Positions 7,121 through 17,451 of a stretch of DNA of 64,000 nucleotides are shown here, piece by piece. The stretch comes from an uncultured Phascolarctobacterium sp. (GTDB lineage: Bacteria; Bacillota; Negativicutes; Acidaminococcales; Acidaminococcaceae). Numbering within the stretch: position 1 is the stretch's first letter; each line of letters begins with the position of its first letter. Under the pieces are notes generated by a model. It did not search any database, had not been told where the DNA came from, and saw only the letters and a program-made list of their open reading frames with translations. Location of the stretch: NCBI GenBank assembly GCA_949299135.1, contig CASFZG010000010.1, positions 11,093 to 75,092 on the forward strand. The letters are read 5' to 3'. Made by a program: the position numbers and the translations under genes.

Positions 7121-8518
7121 TTATACGTTGAATACTTTGCCCGGGTTCAGGATGCATTTCGGGTCAAGCGCTTTTTTGATGGCGCGCATCATTTTCATTT
7201 CCACGGGGTCGGTGTATTTTTCCATAGCAGGCAGCTTCTTCGCGCCGATGCCGTGTTCGCCGCTCAGGCGTCCGCCAAGGCTGTAAACATAGGCATATGC
7301 TTCGGCGTGGAATTCGCTGAGCTGTTTTTCCCATTCTTCGTCGCTCAAATCGCATTTCAGAATCTGGAAATGCAGGTTGCCGTCACCGGCATGAGCCAGG
7401 CACAGCAGCTTAAAGCTGTATTTTTTGGAAACTTCGTTCAAATGCTCAATGCATTCGGCAATTTTATCAACCGGCACAACAAGGTCGTCGGAGGTGCTGA
7501 TTAAGCTCAGCACACGGGTGGATTCCAGGCAGTTGCGGCGGATTTTCCAAACGCGTTCGTCTGCTTCCAGTACGTCAGTCGCTCCGCTGGCAGTGCAAAT
7601 TTCGTCCAGCTGTTCCATCTTGCTTTCCAGCTCATCCTCGCTAAAGGTTTCCACGGTAATAATTACATAGTAACCGTCTTCGTAATGCGGCAATTTCAGC
7701 TCGCTGTAATCGCTGGCGCTGCGCACAAAGCCGTTGTCCATAAATTCAACGCTGGTCGGGTTCAAACCGGCTTTAATCAAATTCGGCACAACGCCGATTG
7801 CTTTATCAAGTTCGGTAAAGATTGCCAGAATATCCAGCTTGTACGGGCACAGCGGCAAAAGTTTCAGGCTTGCTTTGGTGATAACGCCCAAAGTGCCTTC
7901 GCTGCCCATGATAAGCTGTTCAAGGCAATAACCGGTACTGTTCTTTTTCAGCGTCGAGCCGAGCGTTACGATATCGCCGGTCGGGGTAACGGCTTCGATA
8001 GAATAAACCTGATTGCGGGTCGTGCCGTAGCGCACAGCCTTGTTGCCGCCGGCATTGGTAGCGATGTTGCCGCCGATAAGGCAGCTGTCGGCGCTGCACG
8101 GATCGCCTGCGTACAAAAAGCCTTCTTTGTTGGCATATTCCTGAATTTCCAGCGTTCTGGCACCGGCTTCAACAACCATGTACATGCCTTCCTTGTTCAA
8201 CTCAAGGATTTTGTCCATGCGTTCCATCAGCATTACAATGCCGCCGCAAACGGGCACTGCGCCGCAGGATACGCTGGTACCGGCGCTGCGCGGGGTAACG
8301 GGCACGTCAAATTCGTTGGCAATTTTCATAACAGCCGCAACTTCTTCGGTGTTGGCCGGGGCAACTACAACCTCCGGCAGATGATGGTAGTGCGGGTCGG
8401 TTTCCTCGTCGGTTTTGTATCTGTCCAGAACTTCGGGGTCGGTCATTACGTTTTCACTGCCCACTGCTTTACGCAGAGCCTCCAATACTTCTTCGGTGAC
8501 CGGTTTGTAATTCATCAT
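7121..8518 (-). CDS. FAD-binding oxidoreductase (GlcD/D-lactate dehydrogenase-like, VAO family), paralog 2
   Basis: P.VVVAP...EEVA, RSAGTS..GA, GGNIATNAGG, GSEGTLGVIT, HAGDGNLH, SGEHGIG, DPKCILNPGK. Confidence 0.9.
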   Translation of the reverse strand: MMNYKPVTEEVLEALRKAVGSENVMTDPEVLDRYKTDEETDPHYHHLPEVVVAPANTEEVAAVMKIANEFDVPVTPRSAGTSVSCGAVPVCGGIVMLMERMDKILELNKEGMYMVVEAGARTLEIQEYANKEGFLYAGDPCSADSCLIGGNIATNAGGNKAVRYGTTRNQVYSIEAVTPTGDIVTLGSTLKKNSTGYCLEQLIMGSEGTLGVITKASLKLLPLCPYKLDILAIFTELDKAIGVVPNLIKAGLNPTSVEFMDNGFVRSASDYSELKLPHYEDGYYVIITVETFSEDELESKMEQLDEICTASGATDVLEADERVWKIRRNCLESTRVLSLISTSDDLVVPVDKIAECIEHLNEVSKKYSFKLLCLAHAGDGNLHFQILKCDLSDEEWEKQLSEFHAEAYAYVYSLGGRLSGEHGIGAKKLPAMEKYTDPVEMKMMRAIKKALDPKCILNPGKVFNV

Positions 8519-8549
8519 TTTCTCAAATCCTTTCTACTGTACTACAAAA

Positions 8550-9953
8550 TTAATCCATGTTAAAAATCTTGCCGGGGTTCAAAATGCATTTCGGGTCCAT
8601 TGCTTTTTTAATGGTACGCATTAAGTTCAGTTCGCCCGGGCGGGTATATTTTTCCATTTCTTTCAGCTTCTTCGCGCCGATGCCGTGTTCGCCCGCAAGG
8701 CGTCCGCCGATGCTGTAAGCGTAGGTATAAACCTCGTCGTGGAAAGCCTGTACGTTCTGTTCCCATTCTTCGTCGGTCAAATCGCATTTGCACAGTACAA
8801 TGTGCAGGTTGCCGTCGCCGACATGGGCGCAGATAAGCGGCGTAAACGGATATTTTTCGCCGGTTTTCATAACAAATTTAACCGCATCGGCAACTTTATC
8901 GCGCGGCACAACAACGTCGTCCGTCAGGGATACAAGGCTGATAAGGCGCACGCTTTCCTGGCAGTTGCGGCGCATTTTCCAGATGCGCTCGTCGGCTTCC
9001 AGCACTTCCACAGCGCCTGCTTCGGTGCAAAGCTCGTCAAGGCGTTCCATCTTCATATCCAGCTCGTCCTCGTTGTAGGTTTCAACGGTAACGATAACGT
9101 AAATGCCGTCCTCATAATGCGGCACGTTTTTGTATTCGCAGTAATCCGCAGTGGTGCGCACATATGTGTTGTCCATGTATTCAATGCTGGTCGGGTCAAT
9201 GCCCGCTTTTAAAAGCAGCGGTACAAGGTCAATAGCCTTGTCCGGGTCGGTAAACACGGCCACAAGGTCAAATTTGTACGGGCACAGCGGCAAAAGTTTC
9301 AAGGTAGCTTTGGTAATAATGCCCAGCGTGCCTTCGCTGCCCATAATCAGCTGCTCCAGGCAGTAACCGGTCGAGCATTTTTTCAAACGCGCGCCAACTT
9401 CAATAATTTCGCCCGTCGGGCTGACAAATTCAATTTCGTGTACCTGGTCGCGGGTAGTGCCGTAACGCACAGCTTTGTTGCCGCCCGCATTGGTTGCCAG
9501 GTTGCCGCCGATAAGGCAGCTGTCGGCGCTGCACGGGTCGCCTGCGTACAGATAGCCTGCTTCGTTGGCCATCTTTTGAATATCAATCGTCGGCACGCCT
9601 GCTTCCGTAACAAGGTACATGCCTTCGGTGTTCAGCTCCAGCACTTTGTTCAGACGTTCCATCAAAAGCACAATGCCGCCGTAAACCGGGATAGCGCCGT
9701 CGGCAAGGCTGGTGCCTGCACTGCGCACGGTTACAGGCACGTCAAATTTATTGGCAAGCTTCATAATTTCCGCAATTTCTTCGGCGTTAGCCGGTTTAAC
9801 AACAACTTCCGGCTTGTGGAACTTGCGGCAGTCGGTTTCCTCGTCGGTCTGATAGTGTTCCAATGTTTCGGCGTCATTCAGCACATATTCAGCGCCCACA
9901 ACGCCTTTTAATGCTTCAATTACTTCTTCGGTAACGGGAGCATAAGTTTTCAT
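8550..9953 (-). CDS. FAD-binding oxidoreductase (GlcD/D-lactate dehydrogenase-like), paralog 1
   Basis: Same motifs as the neighbour (GGNLATNAGG, GSEGTLGIIT, HVGDGNLH, GEHGIG). Tandem duplicate. Confidence 0.9.
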   Translation of the reverse strand: MKTYAPVTEEVIEALKGVVGAEYVLNDAETLEHYQTDEETDCRKFHKPEVVVKPANAEEIAEIMKLANKFDVPVTVRSAGTSLADGAIPVYGGIVLLMERLNKVLELNTEGMYLVTEAGVPTIDIQKMANEAGYLYAGDPCSADSCLIGGNLATNAGGNKAVRYGTTRDQVHEIEFVSPTGEIIEVGARLKKCSTGYCLEQLIMGSEGTLGIITKATLKLLPLCPYKFDLVAVFTDPDKAIDLVPLLLKAGIDPTSIEYMDNTYVRTTADYCEYKNVPHYEDGIYVIVTVETYNEDELDMKMERLDELCTEAGAVEVLEADERIWKMRRNCQESVRLISLVSLTDDVVVPRDKVADAVKFVMKTGEKYPFTPLICAHVGDGNLHIVLCKCDLTDEEWEQNVQAFHDEVYTYAYSIGGRLAGEHGIGAKKLKEMEKYTRPGELNLMRTIKKAMDPKCILNPGKIFNMD

Positions 9954-10113
9954 ACTTCATCATCCTTCCATAACTGCCCCGCACAGGCGGCGCAGGCAAA
10001 TACATATCTTTTATAATTATAATACAAAATTGCATAAATTACAAAAACGCTTACGCTGATAAAAACAAAAAATCCCTGCTGAAAAACAGGGATTTTAAAA
10101 ATTTTACTTAGTT

Positions 10114-11391
10114 TTAGAAATTGCGCTGGTAGCTGATGCCGATAATTTTGGTAAAGCTGTCGTGCGTGTGGGCGTGATGACCAGTTGTGTAAGGATCATC
10201 ATCACTAAATGCAAAACGCAAATCACCTACGTCCATCCAGCCCAGCGCCAGAGCTACGGTCTGGTCCTTATCGTTATAACGTGCGCCGATGGAATAGGTG
10301 CGGCGGTTGCCGGTCGGCACCATAAAGTCGCCGCCGTAATAAGGGATGGAAGATTCATCGTAAGCAAAACCGGCCATTACGGTATATTTATCGCTCAGCT
10401 TATGTTCAATACCGATAGCGTAACGCCAGCCGTCATCCCAATTCTTTGCATTAGGATGCATACCATCCATGCCACCAGTTCCACTTATCATTATATCAAG
10501 ATTTTTATAAGTGTCCCAGCCGGTACGCACGGCATTTAATTCCACACGGGTTTTATCATCAAACTTGTGGCTGTAACCGATATGCCAGGATTCCGGCAGC
10601 GTTACTTCGCCGTAAGCATCACCGGAAAGATCTGTAAACTTACCAGTAGAATTGCCATAAGCATCAGTTATAGGTACACCATAAGCATTAAAATCTGCTT
10701 CCATGGAATGTTTAATACGGCTGCGGTAAACTACGCCAATTTCGTTTTTATCATCAAAAGCATAGTTAGCAGCAGCATTCCAGCCCAAAGCATAGCTTTC
10801 ACCTTTGGTATGAGTAGGGGTTGTAACAAGAGGATTGTGAAGAGCATTTTTCTCCATGGTCAAACGCACATAGTTAACTTCCGCGCCAATAGCAGCGCTC
10901 CATTTGTCGTCAAATTTATGTGCAAAGGTCGGCGTAACACTCACGCCATCTAAGCGAGATACAAATGCGTTGGTAGAAACGGCAGAATCGCGTTCAAATT
11001 CAGACACCATGGCAAAGCGGCTGAATGCGCCGATGCCGAACCAGTCTTTATCATTCAACTTTTTTACATAGTAAGTACCCGGTGCAAAACCAAAATGCAC
11101 GCGGTTAGTACCACTATCAATAACAGTATCGGTTTCATCATATAAATCATATTCGCCGTGCGGGCTAAGGTAGGTTGCGCTTACCTTAAACGCCTCGCCA
11201 TCCACTTTAGTGATAGAAGCCGGGTTGTACGCCACGTTGGCAGCATCGCCTTCGGCAAACATGCGCGCCCCGCCCATGGCAACACCTTCCGCACTCCATT
11301 CGTTAATGGCAAAGCCTTCTGCACCCGCTATCTGCGGCACGCCCAAAGCGCACAGCACGCCCAGGGCAATCAGTTTGTTTTTAACTTTCAC
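10114..11391 (-). CDS. OmpP1/FadL/TodX-family outer-membrane transporter
   Basis: Signal peptide, then EGFAINEWSAEGVAMGGA...NPAS (FadL hatch), alternating beta-strands and a C-terminal Phe. Confidence 0.85.
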   Translation of the reverse strand: MKVKNKLIALGVLCALGVPQIAGAEGFAINEWSAEGVAMGGARMFAEGDAANVAYNPASITKVDGEAFKVSATYLSPHGEYDLYDETDTVIDSGTNRVHFGFAPGTYYVKKLNDKDWFGIGAFSRFAMVSEFERDSAVSTNAFVSRLDGVSVTPTFAHKFDDKWSAAIGAEVNYVRLTMEKNALHNPLVTTPTHTKGESYALGWNAAANYAFDDKNEIGVVYRSRIKHSMEADFNAYGVPITDAYGNSTGKFTDLSGDAYGEVTLPESWHIGYSHKFDDKTRVELNAVRTGWDTYKNLDIMISGTGGMDGMHPNAKNWDDGWRYAIGIEHKLSDKYTVMAGFAYDESSIPYYGGDFMVPTGNRRTYSIGARYNDKDQTVALALGWMDVGDLRFAFSDDDPYTTGHHAHTHDSFTKIIGISYQRNF

Positions 11392-11499
11392 GTTGTCACC
11401 TCATCAAATTATTAGTAGCTGGTACTATTGTAACATAAATGTGAACTTCTGGCTACTAAAAATAAAAACGCCCCTGCATAATGCAAGGGCGCCCGTCAA

Positions 11500-12237
11500 T
11501 CAGCCGTCAATGCCGCGGCGCAGCACAATGGGGCGCTGCTTTTCCCAAGGCATATACTGCACGGTGCTGCAAAATTCGTATGCTTTATAGCGTTTGGCGG
11601 CGTCGGTTTCTGCCGCAGCTTTTGCCAAATCGCGCTCGGCAATATCGTTGCGCGGGTAATATTTAAACGCTTCGGCGTAAATATCTGCTGCCTTAGCGTC
11701 GTCACCGGCGCTGTGCGCATCCTCGGCCAAAAACTTCAGCGCAAAATATTTATAAGGGTTCACGCCGTTTTTATCCTTTTCGGCTTCTACCATCTGCTGC
11801 GCTTCCGTAACAGCCTGTTCTTCCTTGCCTGCTTCGCGCAGCACAGTCAGGCGGCGGTAAAACATATCGCCGCGCGCGCAGCTGTGAAAGGTGTGCGTGT
11901 AAGCACGGGCAATGTCATAAGCCTGCTGCAAATAAGTCAGCGCCGCTTCTTCGCTTTTTGCCAGCTTCCACACAATTTCGGCAATGTCGCGCAGGCACAA
12001 AACTTTGTGTTCCGCCTCGCTCAAGCCGTATTCCGGGTCGTCGTCCATGTTCGGCTCAACCTCCACCACGGTGCTTAAAACGCGCATCGCGCTTTCGGTG
12101 TCGCCCATCCAGTACAGCGCACGCCCCACAATAGAGCGGCAGCGCCAGTCGTTATAATCCTGTATCATACCCACCGGCACGGGATATTCGCCGTTAGCCA
12201 GGCGGGATACATAACCCATCCATTCCTGCTGGTCCAT
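11500..12237 (-). CDS. Hypothetical helical (TPR-like) protein
   Basis: 245-aa ORF with an AAGGAGG RBS and Ala/Tyr-rich helical repeats. Confidence 0.65.
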   Translation of the reverse strand: MDQQEWMGYVSRLANGEYPVPVGMIQDYNDWRCRSIVGRALYWMGDTESAMRVLSTVVEVEPNMDDDPEYGLSEAEHKVLCLRDIAEIVWKLAKSEEAALTYLQQAYDIARAYTHTFHSCARGDMFYRRLTVLREAGKEEQAVTEAQQMVEAEKDKNGVNPYKYFALKFLAEDAHSAGDDAKAADIYAEAFKYYPRNDIAERDLAKAAAETDAAKRYKAYEFCSTVQYMPWEKQRPIVLRRGIDG

Positions 12238-12316
12238 ATTTTTACCTCCTTATATATAAACGCTTTTGTTATCGTTCAGCGGTTTAATTATACCATATAA
12301 TCAGCGGGGCTTAAAT

Positions 12317-12413
12317 AAAAAAAGGCTGCGGCTCACACCGAAAGATGTGCGCACAGCAGCCTAAAATAAGGGAAAGCGTCTGTCAGGCAATGCATAAAAA
12401 ATATCATTGCACA
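12317..12413 (-). ncRNA. Candidate small RNA (~95 nt)
   Basis: Perfect TTGACA(12448-12443)-17-TATAAT(12425-12420) promoter, followed ~55 nt after the start by a long GC stem-loop and U-tract (12362-12317). No RBS-linked ORF. Confidence 0.45.
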
Positions 12414-12532
12414 ATGCAAATTATACACTCCTGACAGAGATTTGTCAAGTTTTTCTGTAAATTATTAAAATTATTAACTTTTTGTAACATTTATTACCTT
12501 CTATAAGTATCCAAACGGACTAAAGGCAAAAT

Positions 12533-13702
12533 TTACTGTTCCTTTGCGGGCGATACTTCAGGGATTTCGCCTTTAACATCCTCCCACACCACAAAGTTGG
12601 CCTTGCTGAAGCCGTTGAACGTCGTCGCCGATGCGGAAGTATACGCGCCGCAGATAGGAACGAGGATTAAGTCGCCCTCCTCCTGGCGCACCGTCATTTT
12701 GCCGCGGAACATAATATCCAGCGAATCGCAGCTCGGCCCCGCAAAAGTTGCCGCCACCTGCTCGCCTTCCTTAAAGCTGATAAGCTTGAAATCCCACTGG
12801 TCAAACAACACGCCGGAAAAAGTCCCGTACAAGCCGTCGTCAAGGAAGTACCACGGCTGCCCGCCGCGTTCCGTCACGCCAATGACGCTGGTAATAAGGT
12901 TCACCGCCGTACCGCAGATAAAGCGCCCCGGTTCGCACCAGATTTCCACGCCCGGAAAGTCCTCATCAAGGCGCGCGTTAATTTGTTTAAGCATCTCCGC
13001 AAGGTTAAAACGCACCTTCGGTTCGGGGATAGGAAAACCCCCGCCGATATCCATAATGCGCAGCTGCATGCCGTTTGCCACAGCTTCTTCAAAAATTTCG
13101 CGCGCAATGTCCAGCGCGTTCAGATACGGGTCGGCGCTCGTCGTCTGGCTGCCTACATGGAAAGCAATGCCCGCAGCGTCAAGCCCCGCCGCTTTCGCCT
13201 TCTGCAAAAGCTCCAAAGCCTGCTCGCGGCCTGCGCCGAATTTTTTATTTAAGTCGACATGTGCCGAAGAATTATCTATCCTGATACGCAGGAGCGCCGT
13301 TGCACCCGGGCACTCACGCGCCATTTTATCTATCTCACCTGCGCTGTCAAAGGTCATCTTGCCTACACCGGCATTACGGCAGGCACGCAAACCGTTTACC
13401 GTTTTCATCGGATTGGCGTAAATCATCCTGCTGCCGTCCACGCCCAAAGAAGCAAGCTCCATAATCTCGCCGTCGGAAGCAACGTCAAAGTTAGAGCCGA
13501 GGTCACGCATCAGCTCCAGAATGCGCCTGTGGGGATTGGCCTTAATGGCGTAAAATACTTTAACGCGCGGCATATGAGTGCGCAGAAGGTTATAATTTTT
13601 TTCAATCTGCTCCAGCGAAAGCACGAGTAACGGCGTTCCGTATTTTTCTGCCAGTGCTTCAACCGCTGTCTGGTTTAACTGAAAATATTTTTCTTTTTTC
13701 AT
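12533..13702 (-). CDS. Fold-III PLP-dependent lysine/ornithine decarboxylase (eukaryotic ODC-like)
   Basis: FYAIKANP, FDVAS.GE, FHVGSQ, DIGGGF, EPGRF, GPSCDS.D, GAYT. About 390 aa, similar in size to the Selenomonas LDC/ODC. Confidence 0.85.
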   Translation of the reverse strand: MKKEKYFQLNQTAVEALAEKYGTPLLVLSLEQIEKNYNLLRTHMPRVKVFYAIKANPHRRILELMRDLGSNFDVASDGEIMELASLGVDGSRMIYANPMKTVNGLRACRNAGVGKMTFDSAGEIDKMARECPGATALLRIRIDNSSAHVDLNKKFGAGREQALELLQKAKAAGLDAAGIAFHVGSQTTSADPYLNALDIAREIFEEAVANGMQLRIMDIGGGFPIPEPKVRFNLAEMLKQINARLDEDFPGVEIWCEPGRFICGTAVNLITSVIGVTERGGQPWYFLDDGLYGTFSGVLFDQWDFKLISFKEGEQVAATFAGPSCDSLDIMFRGKMTVRQEEGDLILVPICGAYTSASATTFNGFSKANFVVWEDVKGEIPEVSPAKEQ

Positions 13703-13991
13703 ATCCACTCTCCCCTTGCCTATGCATTAATTAACGTATATGATTGTACCACAATTTTCAGAAAGTACAATAGGAAAATGAAAGAAATTACAAGTTTTTA
13801 AAGGAGTTTAAACCAAAACTAAAATAATCACGGATAGCGGCAAATTTAAGTGGAAAAATGCTGATTTTTTAGGATTTTTTCATCATAACGCCCCTATACA
13901 AAATATTGTGCCGCCAGCCAAAGCTAAGGACAAAATACGGCAAATAAAAAGGCCCTGCCTTTTAAGGGCAGAGCCATTAAGTTTAAACTGA

Positions 13992-15296
<1,305 letters not shown>

Positions 15297-15421
15297 TTAA
15301 ATAATACTATTATTGTAGCACAAACGACGGCAATATTAAAGTAAAACGGGAAAAAGGTTTTAATTAAATCGAATTTTTTAGCAAAACGCCGCAGGTTTTT
15401 AAAATTTTTTTACAAAAACAC

Positions 15422-15450
15422 TTGACGGGAGGCGCTAAAGCAGATATACT
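15422..15450 (+). promoter_or_regulatory. tRNA operon promoter
   Basis: TTGACG-17 bp-TATACT. Confidence 0.7.
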
Positions 15451-15478
15451 ATTTCTTGCACAGTTGCAAAACTTGCTT

Positions 15479-15554
15479 GGCCCATTAGCTCAGTTGGTAG
15501 AGCACCTGACTCTTAATCAGGGTGTCGTAGGTTCGAGGCCTACATGGGTCACCA
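15479..15554 (+). tRNA. tRNA-Lys(CTT)
   Basis: Cloverleaf: GGCCCAT/ATGGGTC acceptor, anticodon loop CTCTTAA, GTTCGAG T-loop, encoded CCA. Confidence 0.95.
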
Positions 15555-15557
15555 TGT

Positions 15558-15632
15558 GGCCGGTTGGTCAAGCGGTTAAGACACCGCCCTTTCACGGCGG
15601 TATCGGGGGTTCGATTCCCCCACCGGTCACCA
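15558..15632 (+). tRNA. tRNA-Glu(TTC)
   Basis: GGCCGGT/ACCGGTC acceptor, anticodon loop CTTTCAC, CCA end. Confidence 0.95.
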
Positions 15633-15635
15633 TAT

Positions 15636-15711
15636 GGGCGCTTAGCTCAGCTGGGAGAGCGTCTGCCTTACAAGCAGAATGTCAGCGGTTCGATCCCGTT
15701 AGCGCCCACCA
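15636..15711 (+). tRNA. tRNA-Val(TAC)
   Basis: GGGCGCT/AGCGCCC acceptor, anticodon loop CTTACAA, CCA end. Confidence 0.95.
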
Positions 15712-15727
15712 TTTCTTAACTTAATAC

Positions 15728-15804
15728 GGCCCGGTGGTTCAGTTGGTTAGAATGCCGCCCTGTCACGGCGGAGGTCGTGGGTTCGAGTCCCATCCGGGTC
15801 GCCA
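15728..15804 (+). tRNA. tRNA-Asp(GTC)
   Basis: GGCCCGG/CCGGGTC acceptor, anticodon loop CTGTCAC, CCA end. Confidence 0.95.
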
Positions 15805-15808
15805 TTAT

Positions 15809-15826
15809 GCCTCGGTAGCTCAGTTG
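15809..15826 (+). pseudogene. 5' fragment of a tRNA (probably tRNA-Phe)
   Basis: GCCTCGGTAGCTCAGTTG is an acceptor 5' strand plus the start of the D-arm, 4 nt after tRNA-Asp. No anticodon arm, T arm or 3' end follows. Confidence 0.6.
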
Positions 15827-15878
15827 ATTTTGTCTGTTACGCAAAAACCGGCAAGGTATACGCCCTGCCGGTTTATTT

Positions 15879-16472
15879 TTATGCTGCGTTTTGCGCACGC
15901 TCAACGCTTTTCATTTTCACCAGGTCCATTTTGGTTAAGCCCAAATCAATGTTGTCTTTCAGTTTGTAATCAATAATCGTGCCGTGCTCCAAATCAATTT
16001 CGCGCCCTTTAAAAAACATCCCGGAAAGCGGCACTACAAAGCCTATTGCCGTGCTTACTGCCATGTTGGCGTAGTTGATACCGCCTTTAATTTTTACGTC
16101 CTGCGGAAAGCTGACCGGTTTGCCGTTAGGCAGAAGCACGTCGTCCAGCTTAACGCGGATAACGGCGCTCTGGTTAAAAATGCGGCTGCCGTGCGCTTTG
16201 CGGATTACGCCTCCAAGCTCCGTCCCCTGCGGTATGATGACGATGTTTTCCACCGTCAGGTCATCCTTCAGCGTAAATTTAACGCGGTCGCCTTTTTTAT
16301 GCACGTTGCTGTCGAGCTTATCCACCAGTACAAGGTTTAAAACCGTGTCCTCCGGTATGTAGGCGTTGCCGGGCTCGACGTCTTTGATTTCTTCCGCCAG
16401 TGCGGCGTGTGCGTTAAAAAGCAGCAGGCATACCGTAAAAAGCACCGGCAGGTAAGTTTTTATCAGTTTCAT
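15879..16472 (-). CDS. Secreted hypothetical protein (TrbI/VirB10-like beta-domain resemblance)
   Basis: Signal peptide; IPEDT.L...L...LDS....GD.V.F.L..D..V....IIP.GT...G.I pattern. Confidence 0.6.
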   Translation of the reverse strand: MKLIKTYLPVLFTVCLLLFNAHAALAEEIKDVEPGNAYIPEDTVLNLVLVDKLDSNVHKKGDRVKFTLKDDLTVENIVIIPQGTELGGVIRKAHGSRIFNQSAVIRVKLDDVLLPNGKPVSFPQDVKIKGGINYANMAVSTAIGFVVPLSGMFFKGREIDLEHGTIIDYKLKDNIDLGLTKMDLVKMKSVERAQNAA

Positions 16473-16484
16473 GGCTTTGCTCCG

Positions 16485-17192
16485 TTATCTGTTCTGCATC
16501 AGTTTCGCGGCATAGCTGCGCATCTGCTCGTTAGCCTGGCGGGTAAAATCAGCCGGCGGCAAGGCAAAAGCAGTTTCCGCATCGACGGTGCTGCTCATCT
16601 CCACCACGTTAAAGCGCGGCAGAGTGTTTACTTCGTAGCCCAGCCAATCGGCAGTGCCTTTGGCAAAATAAAAATACATCACGCGCTCGCCCTGCGTCAT
16701 CATGTCGTAGTCCTCGCCGGTCAGGCTGCGGCCGCTTTGGGGGCGTTCGTTAAACCAGCTTACCAGCGTTTCGGCAAACGGCAGGCTCATGCCCGGCAGT
16801 TCCGGCAGCTCGTCATAGGTTTTGTTAACATAGTCAATAAAATACCAGCGCCCGCCTTTGGCAAAGGTGCAGTAATCGCGCAGCACTTTGCCTTCGCCGT
16901 CGGTGGTAACGCTGCGCTCGGCGTTAATGCCGTTCATTTCATTATATTCCGTGCGGATGTAACGAACCTTCTGCGCAGTCGTCAGTTTGGCGTAAGCATC
17001 GGGCTCCAGCACGTCCTTCATGTCGATGGTTTGCTGCACCACAAGATGCACCGGATGTTTATCGCTGTTTAAAGCGCCGCCCAAAAGCTCTATCGTGCGC
17101 TGGCCCGGGCCGAAATCCGCCGCTAAGGCGCAGGCAGCGTTAAAAATAAGCAGCGTGCAAACCGCCGCAAGGCTTAACAAAAATTTTTTCAT
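16485..17192 (-). CDS. Secreted hypothetical protein
   Basis: MKK signal peptide with an AxA cleavage site and a GAGGTG RBS. Confidence 0.65.
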   Translation of the reverse strand: MKKFLLSLAAVCTLLIFNAACALAADFGPGQRTIELLGGALNSDKHPVHLVVQQTIDMKDVLEPDAYAKLTTAQKVRYIRTEYNEMNGINAERSVTTDGEGKVLRDYCTFAKGGRWYFIDYVNKTYDELPELPGMSLPFAETLVSWFNERPQSGRSLTGEDYDMMTQGERVMYFYFAKGTADWLGYEVNTLPRFNVVEMSSTVDAETAFALPPADFTRQANEQMRSYAAKLMQNR

Positions 17193-17451
17193 GGCGTTCA
17201 CCTCATTTATAAGATAGTTTAATTATAACATATCCGTTGGGGATTGAAGGCTGTGATATTTTTGTAAAATTTTTTACAAAAGCGCCGCAAGATTTAGAAT
17301 TTTCTGCCAAATGCACTGTATACATTAAATAGTGTATACTTTTTCCTTGCCATTATGGCATTATATGGTATAATTAATTTTATAAGGCGAAGTAACGGTA
17401 TGGGAACAACATTACTTCGCGTAAAAATTTAAAAGAAAAGAGGTATTTCAC

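Noticed and set aside
7685-8563. 292-aa plus-strand ORF (and 175/157-aa ORFs over the second paralog)
   Set aside because: Antisense shadows of the FAD oxidoreductase genes caused by codon bias; no RBS or recognisable motifs.
12597-13421. 274-aa plus-strand ORF
   Set aside because: Antisense to the well-supported decarboxylase; Ser/Pro/Arg-rich shadow-frame composition.
15422-15976. ORFs at 15422-15724, 15716-15904 and 15734-15976
   Set aside because: They overlap the tRNA cluster and are spurious.
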